Below, in pieces: positions 40,274-50,358 of a stretch of DNA of 64,000 bases (positions are counted from its first letter, which is position 1; each line of letters starts with the position of its first letter). Source of the DNA: Candidatus Latescibacterota bacterium (GTDB taxonomy: Bacteria; Latescibacterota; UBA2968; UBA8231); the NCBI GenBank assembly GCA_965215195.1, contig CBDCDC010000002.1:3808001-3872000 (forward strand). Direction: 5' to 3'. A program made the translations under genes and the position numbers. A model generated the notes under the pieces. It saw only the letters and a program-made list of their open reading frames with translations. It made no database searches and was not told where the DNA came from.

Positions 40274-41287
40274 ATGATTATATCCCAAATAGCTGTCCAC
40301 CGGCCCGCCGGTCTGTTGCGCATTCTGACCGACACAGGCCTAGAAGGTCGCTGTACTGATGTTGCGGCCACGGTCGCCGAGGCCGATGTGGCCGCGGCGG
40401 CCTCCATCCTCATCAAGGCGAATCCCATCGATCGCGAACGGATATGGCGGGCGTTCAATGAAGTGGACGGAGGGGTGCCTTCCGATCTCCGTGCCTGCAT
40501 TGACGTCGCCTTGTGGGACCTCACGGCCAAGGCCGCTGGCCAGCCAGTGCATCGGCATGTCAACGGCTTTCGCAACCGCATTCCGGTTTGCAGGAGGGGT
40601 GCCGAGCGAAACTCGGCCGCAGAGATCGTCGAGGAAGCAAAGGAAGCGCAGCGGGCAGGTTTCCGGGGGTACAAATTCGACGCCCTTTTGGACGAAGAGT
40701 CGCTCGTCAACCTGATACGCGACGTGCGCCGGGCCGTAGGAGCGGATTTCTGCCTGTTGTTCGACGGCCGGACGCGGTGGGTCATTGACCAAGCGATACG
40801 GATCGGCCGGGCGCTCGACGCCGCGGACTTTTTCTGTTTTGACCAGCCGCGGCCCGACCGCGATATGTCCGGCGGGCGGCAGGTAGCCGCCGCAATAGAT
40901 ACCCCGACCAGCATGGGTGTGTCCAGTCCCATGGAAGCGGCCCAGGTCATGGCGGCCCAGGCGGCCGACCACATCCGCACCGGGGCAACGCGAGCCGGCG
41001 GCATGACGGATGTGCTCAAGGCCGCCCGCTGTGCCGAAGCCTTCGGGGCCTACTGCCATCTGGACGGTTCCGGGATATGCGACGGTTTCGCCCATCTGCA
41101 TCTGGCGGGCACCATTCGCAATACGCCCTTCTTGGAAGTATCCGCGGGACCGTCCTCTGCGCCGTTCATGGAGAATCCGCTGCAGATATGCGATGGGTAC
41201 ATTCAGATTCCCGCTGCGCCGGGACTGGGCATGGAGATCGACATGGGCGTCGTCGGCGAACACACCACGGAACTGATTCAGATCTGA
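40274..41287 (+). CDS. Mandelate racemase/enolase superfamily protein (degenerate)
   Basis: IDVALWDL.AKA.GQP, GF..YK, P.APGLG.E.D. Confidence 0.75.
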   Translation: MIISQIAVHRPAGLLRILTDTGLEGRCTDVAATVAEADVAAAASILIKANPIDRERIWRAFNEVDGGVPSDLRACIDVALWDLTAKAAGQPVHRHVNGFRNRIPVCRRGAERNSAAEIVEEAKEAQRAGFRGYKFDALLDEESLVNLIRDVRRAVGADFCLLFDGRTRWVIDQAIRIGRALDAADFFCFDQPRPDRDMSGGRQVAAAIDTPTSMGVSSPMEAAQVMAAQAADHIRTGATRAGGMTDVLKAARCAEAFGAYCHLDGSGICDGFAHLHLAGTIRNTPFLEVSAGPSSAPFMENPLQICDGYIQIPAAPGLGMEIDMGVVGEHTTELIQI

Positions 41288-41300
41288 GGATGGATACCCT

Positions 41301-42488
41301 ATGCAGATTCGGAATGTCAAATGTTACCTGTTGCACGGTGAACCCGCGACGCGGCAGGAGATCTGTGGGGCCAGAGGAAGCATTGCCCCAGTGCCGCCGG
41401 GCCTCTCCGGCCTGCTTACCCACGACCAAGGATTCGGTGCTGCCGATCCCGAGGGATTTGCGTTCACCGGGGAAGAACCCGAGCCAACGTACCGCCTGCT
41501 GATCCGGCTCGTGACCGATGGCGAACTGGATGCGTACGCCGACTATGCCACGGGGTTTGATCCCCGGGAACTGGAATGGCAGGCCAAGGCGTTTTTGGCC
41601 CGCTATGCCCACATGCTCATCGGCGTGGATGCCTTTGACCGGGAATACATCTGGCAGCGGTTTTGGATGGCCCAGCGGTTCATGTACACGGGCCGGGGGC
41701 TGCTCGACACCATCGACCGGATGTTGTGGGACTTGGCGAGTCGCTCTGCCCGCCTGCCGATCTACAAGCTGCTCGGGGCTTGCCGCGAAAGCGTACCCGC
41801 CTACTGCAACGTCGGCGGCCAGACTATTGACGACTTGGTGGCTCACGCGGTGAAGCGGGTGGAAGAAGAGGGGTTCATCGGCTGCAAGGATCACTCGTAC
41901 CGAGGGGTGAAAGGCAACGGGGAGCTGGCCGTGAAGATGCGGGAGACGCTGGGCGACGATATCCTGCTCTTTCACGATCCGGTCGAGTCGTACACGTTTG
42001 AGGAGGCCGTGAAAATCGGCCGCATTCTGGAGAAGTGCCGCTACCGATGGATAGAAGAGCCGCTGCAGGACTACGACATCATGGGGCTGAGGAAGCTGTG
42101 CGCCGCCCTCGATCTTCCGGTGCTGACCCTCGAGTGGATCGGCGCCATCGGCGGACAGCCCTACAATACGGCACCGTACTTGGCTCTACAGGCCGCGGAT
42201 ATAGTCCGGCAGCGGGGCATCGGCATCACGGGCCAAGTCAAACAGGCTCAACTAGCCGAAAGCTTCGGCGTTGAGGTACACGGCGGCGATCCCCAAGTCA
42301 TCCTATCTATTGGCAACGATCCCGTCTTTGAAGCCATGGGCGTACAGCCGCCTCCACCCGAGGAGGAACTGGACTGCCGAGGTGCGCTCGTCGTAGAGAA
42401 TGGCACTATGTCGATAGCTTGGAGCGACCGTCCCGCGGCCGAACCGGATTGGGACGAGGTGGCCCGGCGCGCCGTTTGTGTCATTTGA
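41301..42488 (+). CDS. Mandelate racemase/enolase superfamily protein
   Basis: ID..LWDL, PIYKLLG, K.H, HDP, WIEEP, LE. Confidence 0.8.
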   Translation: MQIRNVKCYLLHGEPATRQEICGARGSIAPVPPGLSGLLTHDQGFGAADPEGFAFTGEEPEPTYRLLIRLVTDGELDAYADYATGFDPRELEWQAKAFLARYAHMLIGVDAFDREYIWQRFWMAQRFMYTGRGLLDTIDRMLWDLASRSARLPIYKLLGACRESVPAYCNVGGQTIDDLVAHAVKRVEEEGFIGCKDHSYRGVKGNGELAVKMRETLGDDILLFHDPVESYTFEEAVKIGRILEKCRYRWIEEPLQDYDIMGLRKLCAALDLPVLTLEWIGAIGGQPYNTAPYLALQAADIVRQRGIGITGQVKQAQLAESFGVEVHGGDPQVILSIGNDPVFEAMGVQPPPPEEELDCRGALVVENGTMSIAWSDRPAAEPDWDEVARRAVCVI

Positions 42489-42520
42489 CCACAAAGCTAT
42501 CCTACCGGAGCCAGTATGCA

Positions 42521-43423
42521 ATGTGCGGCATTGTTGGGCTGTACGTAAAAAAACGCGACTTGGCCGACCAACTCGGTGCGCTGTTCGCCGAGATGCTGAT
42601 ATGCATGAGCGATCGCGGCCCCGATAGCGCAGGATTAGCGCTCTATGGCAATGAGCCGCCGGAGGATTTTATCAAAGTCACCTTGCGGCACGCGGCCTTC
42701 GACTACGACTGGCCGGGGCTGGCCGACCAGCTCGGCGCACGCTTTGGCTGCGAGCCCAGCCTGCGCGTCAACGCCAACTACGCGGTCATTGCGGTGCGCG
42801 CCGACGCCGATTCCCTATGGCGGGTGATAGCTGGCTTAGACCCGGGCCTGACGGTAATGAGCATCGGCCGCAGCATCGAGATCCTCAAAGAGATCGGCCC
42901 ACCCGCCGAGATCGTCGAGCGCTTCGGCGTACGCAAGATGCGCGGGACGCACGTCATCGGCCATACGCGCATGGCCACCGAGAGCGCGGTGACCACCGAC
43001 GGCTCGCATCCCTTTTCCACGGGCATGGACCTCTGCTTAGTACACAACGGATCGCTGAGCAACCACAATCGGCTGCGTGCGCACCTAGAGCGCAGCGGGA
43101 TCGAAATTCGCACTGAAAACGACTCTGAGGTGGCGGCCGGCTACTTGATGTGGCGAATGCAGCAGGGGGATACCTTGCAAGCGGCCCTGCAAGCGGCGCT
43201 CGACGATCTGGACGGCTTCTATACCTTTGCCATTGGCACGGCCGATGGCTTCGCGGTCTTGCGCGACCCGATTGCCTGCAAGCCGGCCGTGCTGGCCGAG
43301 ACGGACGAGTACGTGGCGATGGCCAGCGAGTTCCAAGCGTTGGCCCACCTGCCCGGGATCGATGCCGCCGAGATCTGGGAGCCTAAGCCGGCGCAGGTCT
43401 ATACTTGGGGCGGGGTTGGATGA
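42521..43423 (+). CDS. mgsA: N-methylglutamate synthase subunit A (class II glutamine amidotransferase, GlxB-like)
   Basis: MCGIVG, RGPDSAG, HTRMATES, HPF, HNG; cluster context. Confidence 0.85.
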   Translation: MCGIVGLYVKKRDLADQLGALFAEMLICMSDRGPDSAGLALYGNEPPEDFIKVTLRHAAFDYDWPGLADQLGARFGCEPSLRVNANYAVIAVRADADSLWRVIAGLDPGLTVMSIGRSIEILKEIGPPAEIVERFGVRKMRGTHVIGHTRMATESAVTTDGSHPFSTGMDLCLVHNGSLSNHNRLRAHLERSGIEIRTENDSEVAAGYLMWRMQQGDTLQAALQAALDDLDGFYTFAIGTADGFAVLRDPIACKPAVLAETDEYVAMASEFQALAHLPGIDAAEIWEPKPAQVYTWGGVG

Positions 43424-43479
43424 TCTACCAAGACAAAGGCGTACAGGTTGCGCTTCAACCCTGATTCGGGCATTGCAAT

Positions 43480-44187
43480 ATGCAAAAGAAAAAAGAAAAC
43501 TATTTTAATTCTGAAGCAGAAAAAATTTATGGTAAAGTAAAAGGGCTGTATCATCAAACGAGTATAAAAAAGAGGATCGAAGCTCTTTTCCTCGATAACC
43601 TCGGAAAGGTTCTATCAAGGGAACAAATCATCGAAGTAGCTAGGGACCCGATAACCCAAAAAGACCCTGAAAATTGGCATCAGAGATTATCGGAATTACG
43701 AACTGATGATGGATACACAATTCTATCATGGCGGAATCGTGGTGACTTAAAGATCCAAGAATACCTTATGCCTACTTCTAAAAAAAGACCAAAAACAACC
43801 AAGAGAGTTCGTCCACATAATAAAGTATGGTTAGAGATATTGGAGAAAGCGAAATATTCTTGTGAATGGGAGGAAGATGGTATTCGGTGCGAACTTAAAG
43901 ACGGAGATATAGATCCAATCGGCGGAGGCACCGTAACACTCACACCAGATCATAAGGCACCCCATTCAATAAATATGGAAGCTGATCCAAGTGATCCAAA
44001 CCAATGGAGAGTATTATGTGGACGGCATCAGGTTATGAAAAAGAACTTTTGGGATGATAGCACTGGCAAAATCAATGTCTATGCTATTGTTCAAGCCGCA
44101 AGTGAAAGGGAAAAGAGGATTGTCTTTTCTTTTTTAATAGATTATTTTGGGTATCAAATCAATGAGAAAAAATTGGAGGAGAAATAA
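43480..44187 (+). CDS. HNH Type II restriction endonuclease, KpnI-like
   Basis: RIEALFLDNLGKV, PENWHQRLSELRTD.GYTILSWR, TPDH and LCGRHQVMKKN match R.KpnI as recalled; low GC. Confidence 0.8.
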   Translation: MQKKKENYFNSEAEKIYGKVKGLYHQTSIKKRIEALFLDNLGKVLSREQIIEVARDPITQKDPENWHQRLSELRTDDGYTILSWRNRGDLKIQEYLMPTSKKRPKTTKRVRPHNKVWLEILEKAKYSCEWEEDGIRCELKDGDIDPIGGGTVTLTPDHKAPHSINMEADPSDPNQWRVLCGRHQVMKKNFWDDSTGKINVYAIVQAASEREKRIVFSFLIDYFGYQINEKKLEEK

Positions 44188-44189
44188 GC

Positions 44190-44999
44190 ATGACTCAAGC
44201 GACTTTTACAGAATTTGACAAAGTAACACACAATAACGAAAATAAAAAAGGCAGTACTTTAATACTACCACCGATGGACGTATTTGAATCCATCGAATGG
44301 ATTAAATTAGCTGGCATCAAGCCGCGTGTGGCAATGCTCGATCCATGGTATAATAAAGGTTTTGGAGAAATAAGAGATGATTACAATGATTTTGTCGTGT
44401 CCATACTCGAAGCCCTTATTGATATCTCCGACCACGTATTCTTGTGGGGTTTTCCCGAGATTATAGCTCAGTACTTTAATCGCATACCAACTGAGTACAA
44501 ACTCGTCGCATGGCTCACTTGGTATTACAAAAATAACCCATCTGTTATTCGAGGATGGCGCTCAAGTCAAAATACTTGCCTGCACCTTTCTCAAGGAGAT
44601 GCAAAGCTATATCCCGAACACTTTTTGAACGATGTACAAAAAGAAAAGTTAAAGAAGGGAAAGCTGAGATATATGCCTGGCCCAACTAGCGTAATAGAAG
44701 CGTCCTTGTTGGTGGGCTTTGTAGGTCGGAATGAGCAAACAGGTCATCCGTCGCAAAAACCATTAAAGGTATATGAGCCTCTTTTTTTTATGACGACTAA
44801 AGAAGAAGATTTAATTTATGATCCTATGTGTGGCTCTGGTACTACGGGTGCATTTGCCTTAAAACACAATCGGGTCGCAATTTTATCAGACATCAACGAG
44901 GAATATATTTCCATGGTTGAATCGCGGCTCCTAGAAAAGAGAATTCATTCTACCAGTGCATTGCCCTCAACGCTTATAGCTGCGCTGGAGGGGGATTAG
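44190..44999 (+). CDS. Beta-class amino DNA methyltransferase
   Basis: DPWY (motif IV variant) precedes HPSQKP and DPMCGSGTT (motif I). Confidence 0.85.
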   Translation: MTQATFTEFDKVTHNNENKKGSTLILPPMDVFESIEWIKLAGIKPRVAMLDPWYNKGFGEIRDDYNDFVVSILEALIDISDHVFLWGFPEIIAQYFNRIPTEYKLVAWLTWYYKNNPSVIRGWRSSQNTCLHLSQGDAKLYPEHFLNDVQKEKLKKGKLRYMPGPTSVIEASLLVGFVGRNEQTGHPSQKPLKVYEPLFFMTTKEEDLIYDPMCGSGTTGAFALKHNRVAILSDINEEYISMVESRLLEKRIHSTSALPSTLIAALEGD

Positions 45000-45002
45000 C
45001 CG

Positions 45003-45701
45003 ATGGGCGCGGGAATGGAAGTGTACGACTTAGCTGCGGGTACGTTGCGCCAGCTCAACCAGCACCTGCACGACCTCACCGAGGAGACGGCCAAGACGCC
45101 GTGGCGGATTCTGCATCCCCGAGGCGCACACGCCGTGGCCGCCGGGGTCAATGCGCCCGTAGAGATCGACATCGAAGGCCACGTTGGCTACTATTGCGCC
45201 GGCATGAATCAGCGCGCCGGCATCACCGTCCACGGGATGGTCGGGGTCGGGGTTGCCGAGAACATGATGTCGGGACTCGTGAGAGTGAAGGGCCACGCCA
45301 GCCAGTGCGCGGGAGCCACCGGGCACGGCGGCCTGCTGGTCATTGAGGGCGACGCGGCGAGCCGCTGCGGAATTTCCATGAAGGGGATCGATATTGTGGT
45401 CGGCGGCTCGGTCGGCCACAGCAGTTGCTTTATGGCGCAAGCCGGCAACCTAGTCGTCTGCGGCGATGCCGACGAGGCGCTGGGCGACTCCCTGTACGAA
45501 GCGCGGATTTTCGTCCGCGGCCGGGTCGCTGGCCTGGGGGCCGACTGCATTGAAAAGCCCATGCGCGACGAGCACCTGAGCGCGTTGGCCGAGCTGTTGG
45601 CGCGGGCGGGCCTGCCCGGCGTCCAGCCCGAAGAGTTCCGCCGCTACGGCTCGGCGCGCCAGCTTTACAACTTTGAGGTGAACAAGGCCGACCAATACTA
45701 A
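45003..45701 (+). CDS. mgsB: N-methylglutamate synthase subunit B (GXGXG, GlxC-like)
   Basis: GHVGYYCAGMN, AENMMSG, RCGISMKG, LGDSLYE. Confidence 0.88.
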   Translation: MGAGMEVYDLAAGTLRQLNQHLHDLTEETAKTPWRILHPRGAHAVAAGVNAPVEIDIEGHVGYYCAGMNQRAGITVHGMVGVGVAENMMSGLVRVKGHASQCAGATGHGGLLVIEGDAASRCGISMKGIDIVVGGSVGHSSCFMAQAGNLVVCGDADEALGDSLYEARIFVRGRVAGLGADCIEKPMRDEHLSALAELLARAGLPGVQPEEFRRYGSARQLYNFEVNKADQY

Positions 45702-45747
45702 AGTCCGCACCCCAGCCTAGGGGGCGGGGGACCCCTAACCACTAAAT

Positions 45748-47097
45748 ATGACGCAACCACACCACAGCCAAGAGGGCCTGCGCGAGTCGGCTACCTTTGA
45801 CCGCAGCGTCATCTACGAGATCCAGCGCGCTGCGCGCACCGGGATCTACGACATTCGCGGCTGGGGGGCCAAGCGCCGGGTGCCCCATTTTGACGACTTG
45901 GTCTTTTTGGGCGCGAGCATGTCGCGCTACCCCTTAGAGGGCTACCGCGAGCGCTGCGACACCAATGTGGTGCTGGGCACGCGCTACGCCAAAAACCCGA
46001 TCCACCTCGACATCCCCATCACCATCGCCGGGATGAGCTTCGGCTCACTGTCGGCTCAGGCCAAAGAGGCGCTCGGCCGCGGGGCCAGCGCGGTGGGCAC
46101 GAGCACCACGACCGGCGACGGCGGGATGACGCCGGAGGAGCGCGCACAGTCGCGGATTTTGGTCTATCAGCTTTTGCCCTCGCGCTACGGCATGAACCCC
46201 GACGATCTGCGGAAGGCCGATGCCATCGAGGTGGTGCTCGGCCAAGGGGCCAAGCCCGGCGGCGGCGGGATGCTCTTGGGGCAGAAGATCAGCAACCGCG
46301 TCGCCCAGATGCGGACCTTGCCCAAGGACATCGACCAGCGCTCGGCCTGTCGCCATCCCGACTGGACCGGCCCGGACGACTTGGCGATCAAGATCGTGGA
46401 ATTGCGCGAAATCACCGACTGGCAGGTGCCCATCTGCGTCAAGATCGGCGCGACCCGGACCTACTACGACACGCTCTTGGCGATCAAGGCCGGGGCCGAC
46501 GTGGTGGTCCTCGACGGGATGCAGGGCGGCACGGGTGCGACCCAAGAGGTATTCATCGAGCACGTAGGGATTCCGACCCTGCCGGCCGTGCGCCAAGCCG
46601 TGGAAGCGCTCGACGAGCTAAACATGCACCGCAAGGTGCAGCTCATTGTGTCTGGGGGGATCCGCAGCGGCGCAGATGTGGCCAAGGCCCTCGCGATGGG
46701 GGCAGACGCCTGTTCGATTGGCACGGCCGCGCTGATCGCGCTGGGCGACAACAGCCCGCATTTGGACGCCGAGTACCGCCAGCTCGGATCGGCCGCTGGC
46801 TTTTACGACGACTTGCAGGACGGCCAAGACCCAGCCGGCATCTCGACCCAGAACGAAGCATTGGCCCAGCGTCTCGACCCGGTGGCCGGCGGCCGACAGC
46901 TCGCCAACTATCTGCGGGTGATGACCATGGAGTGCCAGACCATTGCCCGCGCCTGCGGCAAATCGCACGTTCACAATTTGGAGCCAGAGGACTTGGCGGC
47001 GCTGACCATTGAGGCCGCGGCCATGGCCAAGATCCCCTTGGCCGGGACGGATTGGATTCCTGGAAACACGCCAACTAAAGGAGCCTGCTGTGACTGA
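45748..47097 (+). CDS. mgsC: N-methylglutamate synthase subunit C (FMN-binding glutamate synthase family, GlxD-like)
   Basis: GMSFG, TTTGDGG, GQGAKPGGGG, RHPDWTGPDDL, SGGIR. Confidence 0.9.
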   Translation: MTQPHHSQEGLRESATFDRSVIYEIQRAARTGIYDIRGWGAKRRVPHFDDLVFLGASMSRYPLEGYRERCDTNVVLGTRYAKNPIHLDIPITIAGMSFGSLSAQAKEALGRGASAVGTSTTTGDGGMTPEERAQSRILVYQLLPSRYGMNPDDLRKADAIEVVLGQGAKPGGGGMLLGQKISNRVAQMRTLPKDIDQRSACRHPDWTGPDDLAIKIVELREITDWQVPICVKIGATRTYYDTLLAIKAGADVVVLDGMQGGTGATQEVFIEHVGIPTLPAVRQAVEALDELNMHRKVQLIVSGGIRSGADVAKALAMGADACSIGTAALIALGDNSPHLDAEYRQLGSAAGFYDDLQDGQDPAGISTQNEALAQRLDPVAGGRQLANYLRVMTMECQTIARACGKSHVHNLEPEDLAALTIEAAAMAKIPLAGTDWIPGNTPTKGACCD

Positions 47098-48448
47098 GCG
47101 CACTGAGATCAAAGAACGCCTCGCCCAAGAGGACATAGAATTCCTCCTAGTACAGTTCGTCGATATGACCGGTGCGCCCAAAGTAAAGATGGTGCCGGTG
47201 ACAGCGCTTGACGACGCGCTCGACGAAGGCGCGGGTTTTGCCGGCGCATCTATTTGGGGCTTGGGGCAAGGGCCGCACTCGCACGATATGCTGGCGCGGA
47301 TCGACCTCGATTCGTACGCGCGCCTGTCTTGGCAGCCGAACACGGTGCGCTTTGCCAGCGACCTCTTCGTCGATGGGGAATCCTATCCCTATTGCTCGCG
47401 CACCAACCTCCAGCGCGTGTGCGCCGACGCCCGGCAACAGGGCTACGTCTTCAACGTGGGCATGGAGCCGGAGCACTTTCTCGTGGCGCGCGATGCCGAG
47501 GGCGCGATCCGGCCTTGGGACCCGGACGGCGTGGATACGCTGGCCAAGCCCTGCTACGACTTCCGCTCCATGTCGCCGGCCATGGCGTACTTGCAGGAGC
47601 TAACTCGGTCGCTCAACGACCTCGGCTGGGGGGTTTATCAGTGCGACCACGAGGACGCCAACGGGCAATTCGAGGTCAACTTCGACTACGCCGACGCGCT
47701 GGCGACTTCAGACCGCATCATTTTCTTTAAGATGGCCACTTCGCAGATCGCCAAAAAGTTCGGGGCGATCGCCACGCACATGCCCAAGCCATTCGCCGAC
47801 CGCACTGGCAGCGGTTTGCACGCGCACTACCATCTGGCCGACGCCGACTCGGGCGAGAATCTCTTCTTGGACGAAGGGGACGAGCGCGGCTTGGGTTGCT
47901 CAGAGCTGGCCTACCACTTCCTCGGTGGCATTTTGCACCACGCACGCGCCCTGTGCGCGGTCTCCAGCCCCACGGTAAACTGCTACAAGCGGTTGCAACT
48001 CGGCACTGGCGTCTATTCGAGCCGCTCGGGTTTTACCTGGACGCCGGCGTTTATCACCTATGGCGACAACAACCGCACGCAGATGATCCGCACGGCCGGC
48101 GAGGGGCATTTTGAAGACCGCACGATCAGCGCCGCGGCCAATCCCTATCTGGCCTTGGCCGCCTATCTAGTCGCCGGGCTTGACGGCATTGAGCGCGGCT
48201 TGGAGCCGGGTGAGCCAAATTTAGGCAACATGTACGAGCGCTCCCTCGACGAGATCCAGGCGGCAGGGATACAGCTTTTGCCGCAATCGCTGGCCGAGGC
48301 ACTCGACGCACTGCGCGAGGACGAAGTGGTGCAGAGTGCGCTAGGCCCCATCGCCGACGAGTTTCTCGAGATAAAAGCCAGCGAGTGGGCCGAGTACGAC
48401 AGCCAAGTCAGCCGCTGGGAGATCGAGCGGTATTTGACCTCCTGCTGA
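47090..48448 (+). CDS. gmaS: Gamma-glutamylmethylamide synthetase (glutamine synthetase-like, GlnT type)
   Basis: GAGFAG, KPCYD, DHEDANGQFE, MPKPF, NNRT; GTG start at 47090; located between mgs and mgd genes. Confidence 0.82.
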   Translation: MTERTEIKERLAQEDIEFLLVQFVDMTGAPKVKMVPVTALDDALDEGAGFAGASIWGLGQGPHSHDMLARIDLDSYARLSWQPNTVRFASDLFVDGESYPYCSRTNLQRVCADARQQGYVFNVGMEPEHFLVARDAEGAIRPWDPDGVDTLAKPCYDFRSMSPAMAYLQELTRSLNDLGWGVYQCDHEDANGQFEVNFDYADALATSDRIIFFKMATSQIAKKFGAIATHMPKPFADRTGSGLHAHYHLADADSGENLFLDEGDERGLGCSELAYHFLGGILHHARALCAVSSPTVNCYKRLQLGTGVYSSRSGFTWTPAFITYGDNNRTQMIRTAGEGHFEDRTISAAANPYLALAAYLVAGLDGIERGLEPGEPNLGNMYERSLDEIQAAGIQLLPQSLAEALDALREDEVVQSALGPIADEFLEIKASEWAEYDSQVSRWEIERYLTSC

Positions 48449-48575
48449 GGCCATGCCCTTAACTTTAATATGGAGGCTATCGATGCCAGTTCTTCTTCAT
48501 GTACCAACGTACGTTATTAACGTATGCTAATGATGTTCTGACATTTTGGTCCGGTGAATACGTGGAGGTATTTCG

Positions 48576-48821
48576 ATGAATTACAAAGTGCCCCTTGTTT
48601 TAACGTCGCAACCCGAAGGGGGGTACACAGTGACGTCACCTTTGTTGCCTGAGTTGGTCTCGGAAGGAGATTCGATATCCCACGCTTTGGAAAACGTCCA
48701 AGATGCTTTTGCTGCGGTTGTTGAACTCTATGAAGACCTAGGACGCTCATTGCCTCAAGATATCCAAATTCTCGCTACCAATAGTCTCGTGTGTTTTGAG
48801 ACAGTGCTATCTGCTCAGTGA
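48576..48821 (+). CDS. hicB: HicB-family antitoxin (short form)
   Basis: EGGY.V..P.LPE.VSEGD....AL.N..DA. Confidence 0.85.
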   Translation: MNYKVPLVLTSQPEGGYTVTSPLLPELVSEGDSISHALENVQDAFAAVVELYEDLGRSLPQDIQILATNSLVCFETVLSAQ

Positions 48822-49030
48822 ACTATCGAGAGGTTGCGCGGAAATTGACGGTCCTTGGTTGTCGAGAACAAAAGCGGAGAGGCCGGGGCTCACATAGAAA
48901 ATGGTTTAATCCCCATTCCGAGAGAGCCGCTATTGTTCCAGATTGGGGTGGACGCGATCTGAAATTGGGAACTGTTCGTGCCGCTGTTCGACAGCTAGGA
49001 ATCGATTGGCAGCACTTTCAACAGGCTTAG
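48818..49030 (+). CDS. hicA: HicA-family toxin
   Basis: GSH, .VP, DLK.GT.RA...QLGI. Confidence 0.85.
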   Translation: MNYREVARKLTVLGCREQKRRGRGSHRKWFNPHSERAAIVPDWGGRDLKLGTVRAAVRQLGIDWQHFQQA

Positions 49031-49100
49031 TGGCTTTTGCAGGATGGTCGTACTCTCATCGCCTTAAAACACTTGCTTTTTGGGAAAAACCAGACGGTCC

Positions 49101-50345
49101 ATGCCCTACCGGTTGCTCAAATTCGGCTTCGAGAAAGAGTACTCCGAGCCGCGCATGTTCCGCTCGCCGGCGCGGCTGCGCGACAGCTATGAAGTGGTGA
49201 TCATCGGCGGCGGCGGCCACGGGCTGGCCGCGGCGCACTATCTCGCCCAAGAGCACGGCATCCGCGATGTGGCCGTCCTAGAGCAGTGCTACATCGGCCA
49301 CGGCGGCACCGGCCGCAACACCGCGATCATCCGCTCGAATTACCTGACGGAAGAGGGCGCGCGCTTTTACCAGTTCAGCGTGGATCTGTACCGCGATTTG
49401 TCGCGGAAGCTCGACTACAACCTGTTCTACTCCGAGCGCGGCCACTTCACCTTGGCGCACACGCCGGCCGCGCTGCGCACCCAGCGCTGGCGCGCCGCGG
49501 TCAACAAGCACCTCGGCATCAGCTCCGAGGTCGTAGGCCCGGAGTTCGTCAAGAAGACCATTCCCGAGATCGACCTGAGTTGTGGCGGGCACCAACCGCC
49601 CATCATCGGCGCGCTCTACCACCCGCCCGGGGCCATCGCCCGCCACGACGCAGTGGCGTGGGCTTATGCGCGCGGGGCCGACCGCCAAGGCGTTGAAATC
49701 CACCAGCAGACCACTGTCACCGGCATTGAAGTCGAGGATGGCCGGGTCGCGGGCGTACACACGGACCGCGGTTTTATCCAGACCCGCAAGGTGCTCAGCG
49801 CGGTGGCGGGCTGGACGCCGCAGGTGCAGCGGATGGTCGGCTTGCGGTCGCCGCTGGTGGTACATCCACTCCAGGCGTTTGTCACCGAGCCGTTCAAGCC
49901 GTGGCTCGACGCGATTGTTGTATCGGCCAGCTTGCACACGTACGTCAGCCAATCATCGCGCGGCGAGTTGGTGGCTGGCGCGTCGTTGGATCCCTACGAA
50001 CTGACGTCCATGCGCTCAACGCTCGATTTTGCCGAGGGCTTGGCCGGGCACATGCTTGACCTCTTTCCCTGCTTGGGCCACGTCAAGGTGCTGCGCCAGT
50101 GGGCCGGGCTGTGCGACATGACCCCAGATTTTTCGCCGATCATGGGCACGACGCCGATTGCGGGGTTTTACATGGACGCGGGTTGGGGCACTTGGGGCTT
50201 TAAGGCTTCGCCGGTTTGCGGCTACACCATGGCCCACACCATGGCCCACGACGAGGACCATCCGCTAATCCGCGCCTTTAATCTGTCGCGGTTTGGCGCG
50301 TTTGCGCTGGTCGGGGAGAAGGGTGCGGCGTCCGTTGGCCACTGA
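49101..50345 (+). CDS. mgdA: N-methylglutamate dehydrogenase subunit A (sarcosine oxidase beta-like)
   Basis: IIGGGGHG, GRNTAIIRSNY, GWGTWGFK, C-terminal AASVGH. Confidence 0.85.
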   Translation: MPYRLLKFGFEKEYSEPRMFRSPARLRDSYEVVIIGGGGHGLAAAHYLAQEHGIRDVAVLEQCYIGHGGTGRNTAIIRSNYLTEEGARFYQFSVDLYRDLSRKLDYNLFYSERGHFTLAHTPAALRTQRWRAAVNKHLGISSEVVGPEFVKKTIPEIDLSCGGHQPPIIGALYHPPGAIARHDAVAWAYARGADRQGVEIHQQTTVTGIEVEDGRVAGVHTDRGFIQTRKVLSAVAGWTPQVQRMVGLRSPLVVHPLQAFVTEPFKPWLDAIVVSASLHTYVSQSSRGELVAGASLDPYELTSMRSTLDFAEGLAGHMLDLFPCLGHVKVLRQWAGLCDMTPDFSPIMGTTPIAGFYMDAGWGTWGFKASPVCGYTMAHTMAHDEDHPLIRAFNLSRFGAFALVGEKGAASVGH

Positions 50346-50358
50346 TTGCGAATTCCCA

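Larger units (their letters stand above)
48451..49107. mobile_element. hicBA cassette flanked by the 9-bp direct repeat CCATGCCCT
   Basis: CCATGCCCT at 48451-48459 and 49099-49107; the second copy contains the mgdA start; lower GC inside. Confidence 0.65.

Noticed and set aside
43395-45002. Direct repeat bounding the KpnI-like insertion
   Set aside because: Only a weak degenerate resemblance between the mgsA end and the sequence before mgsB; not convincing.
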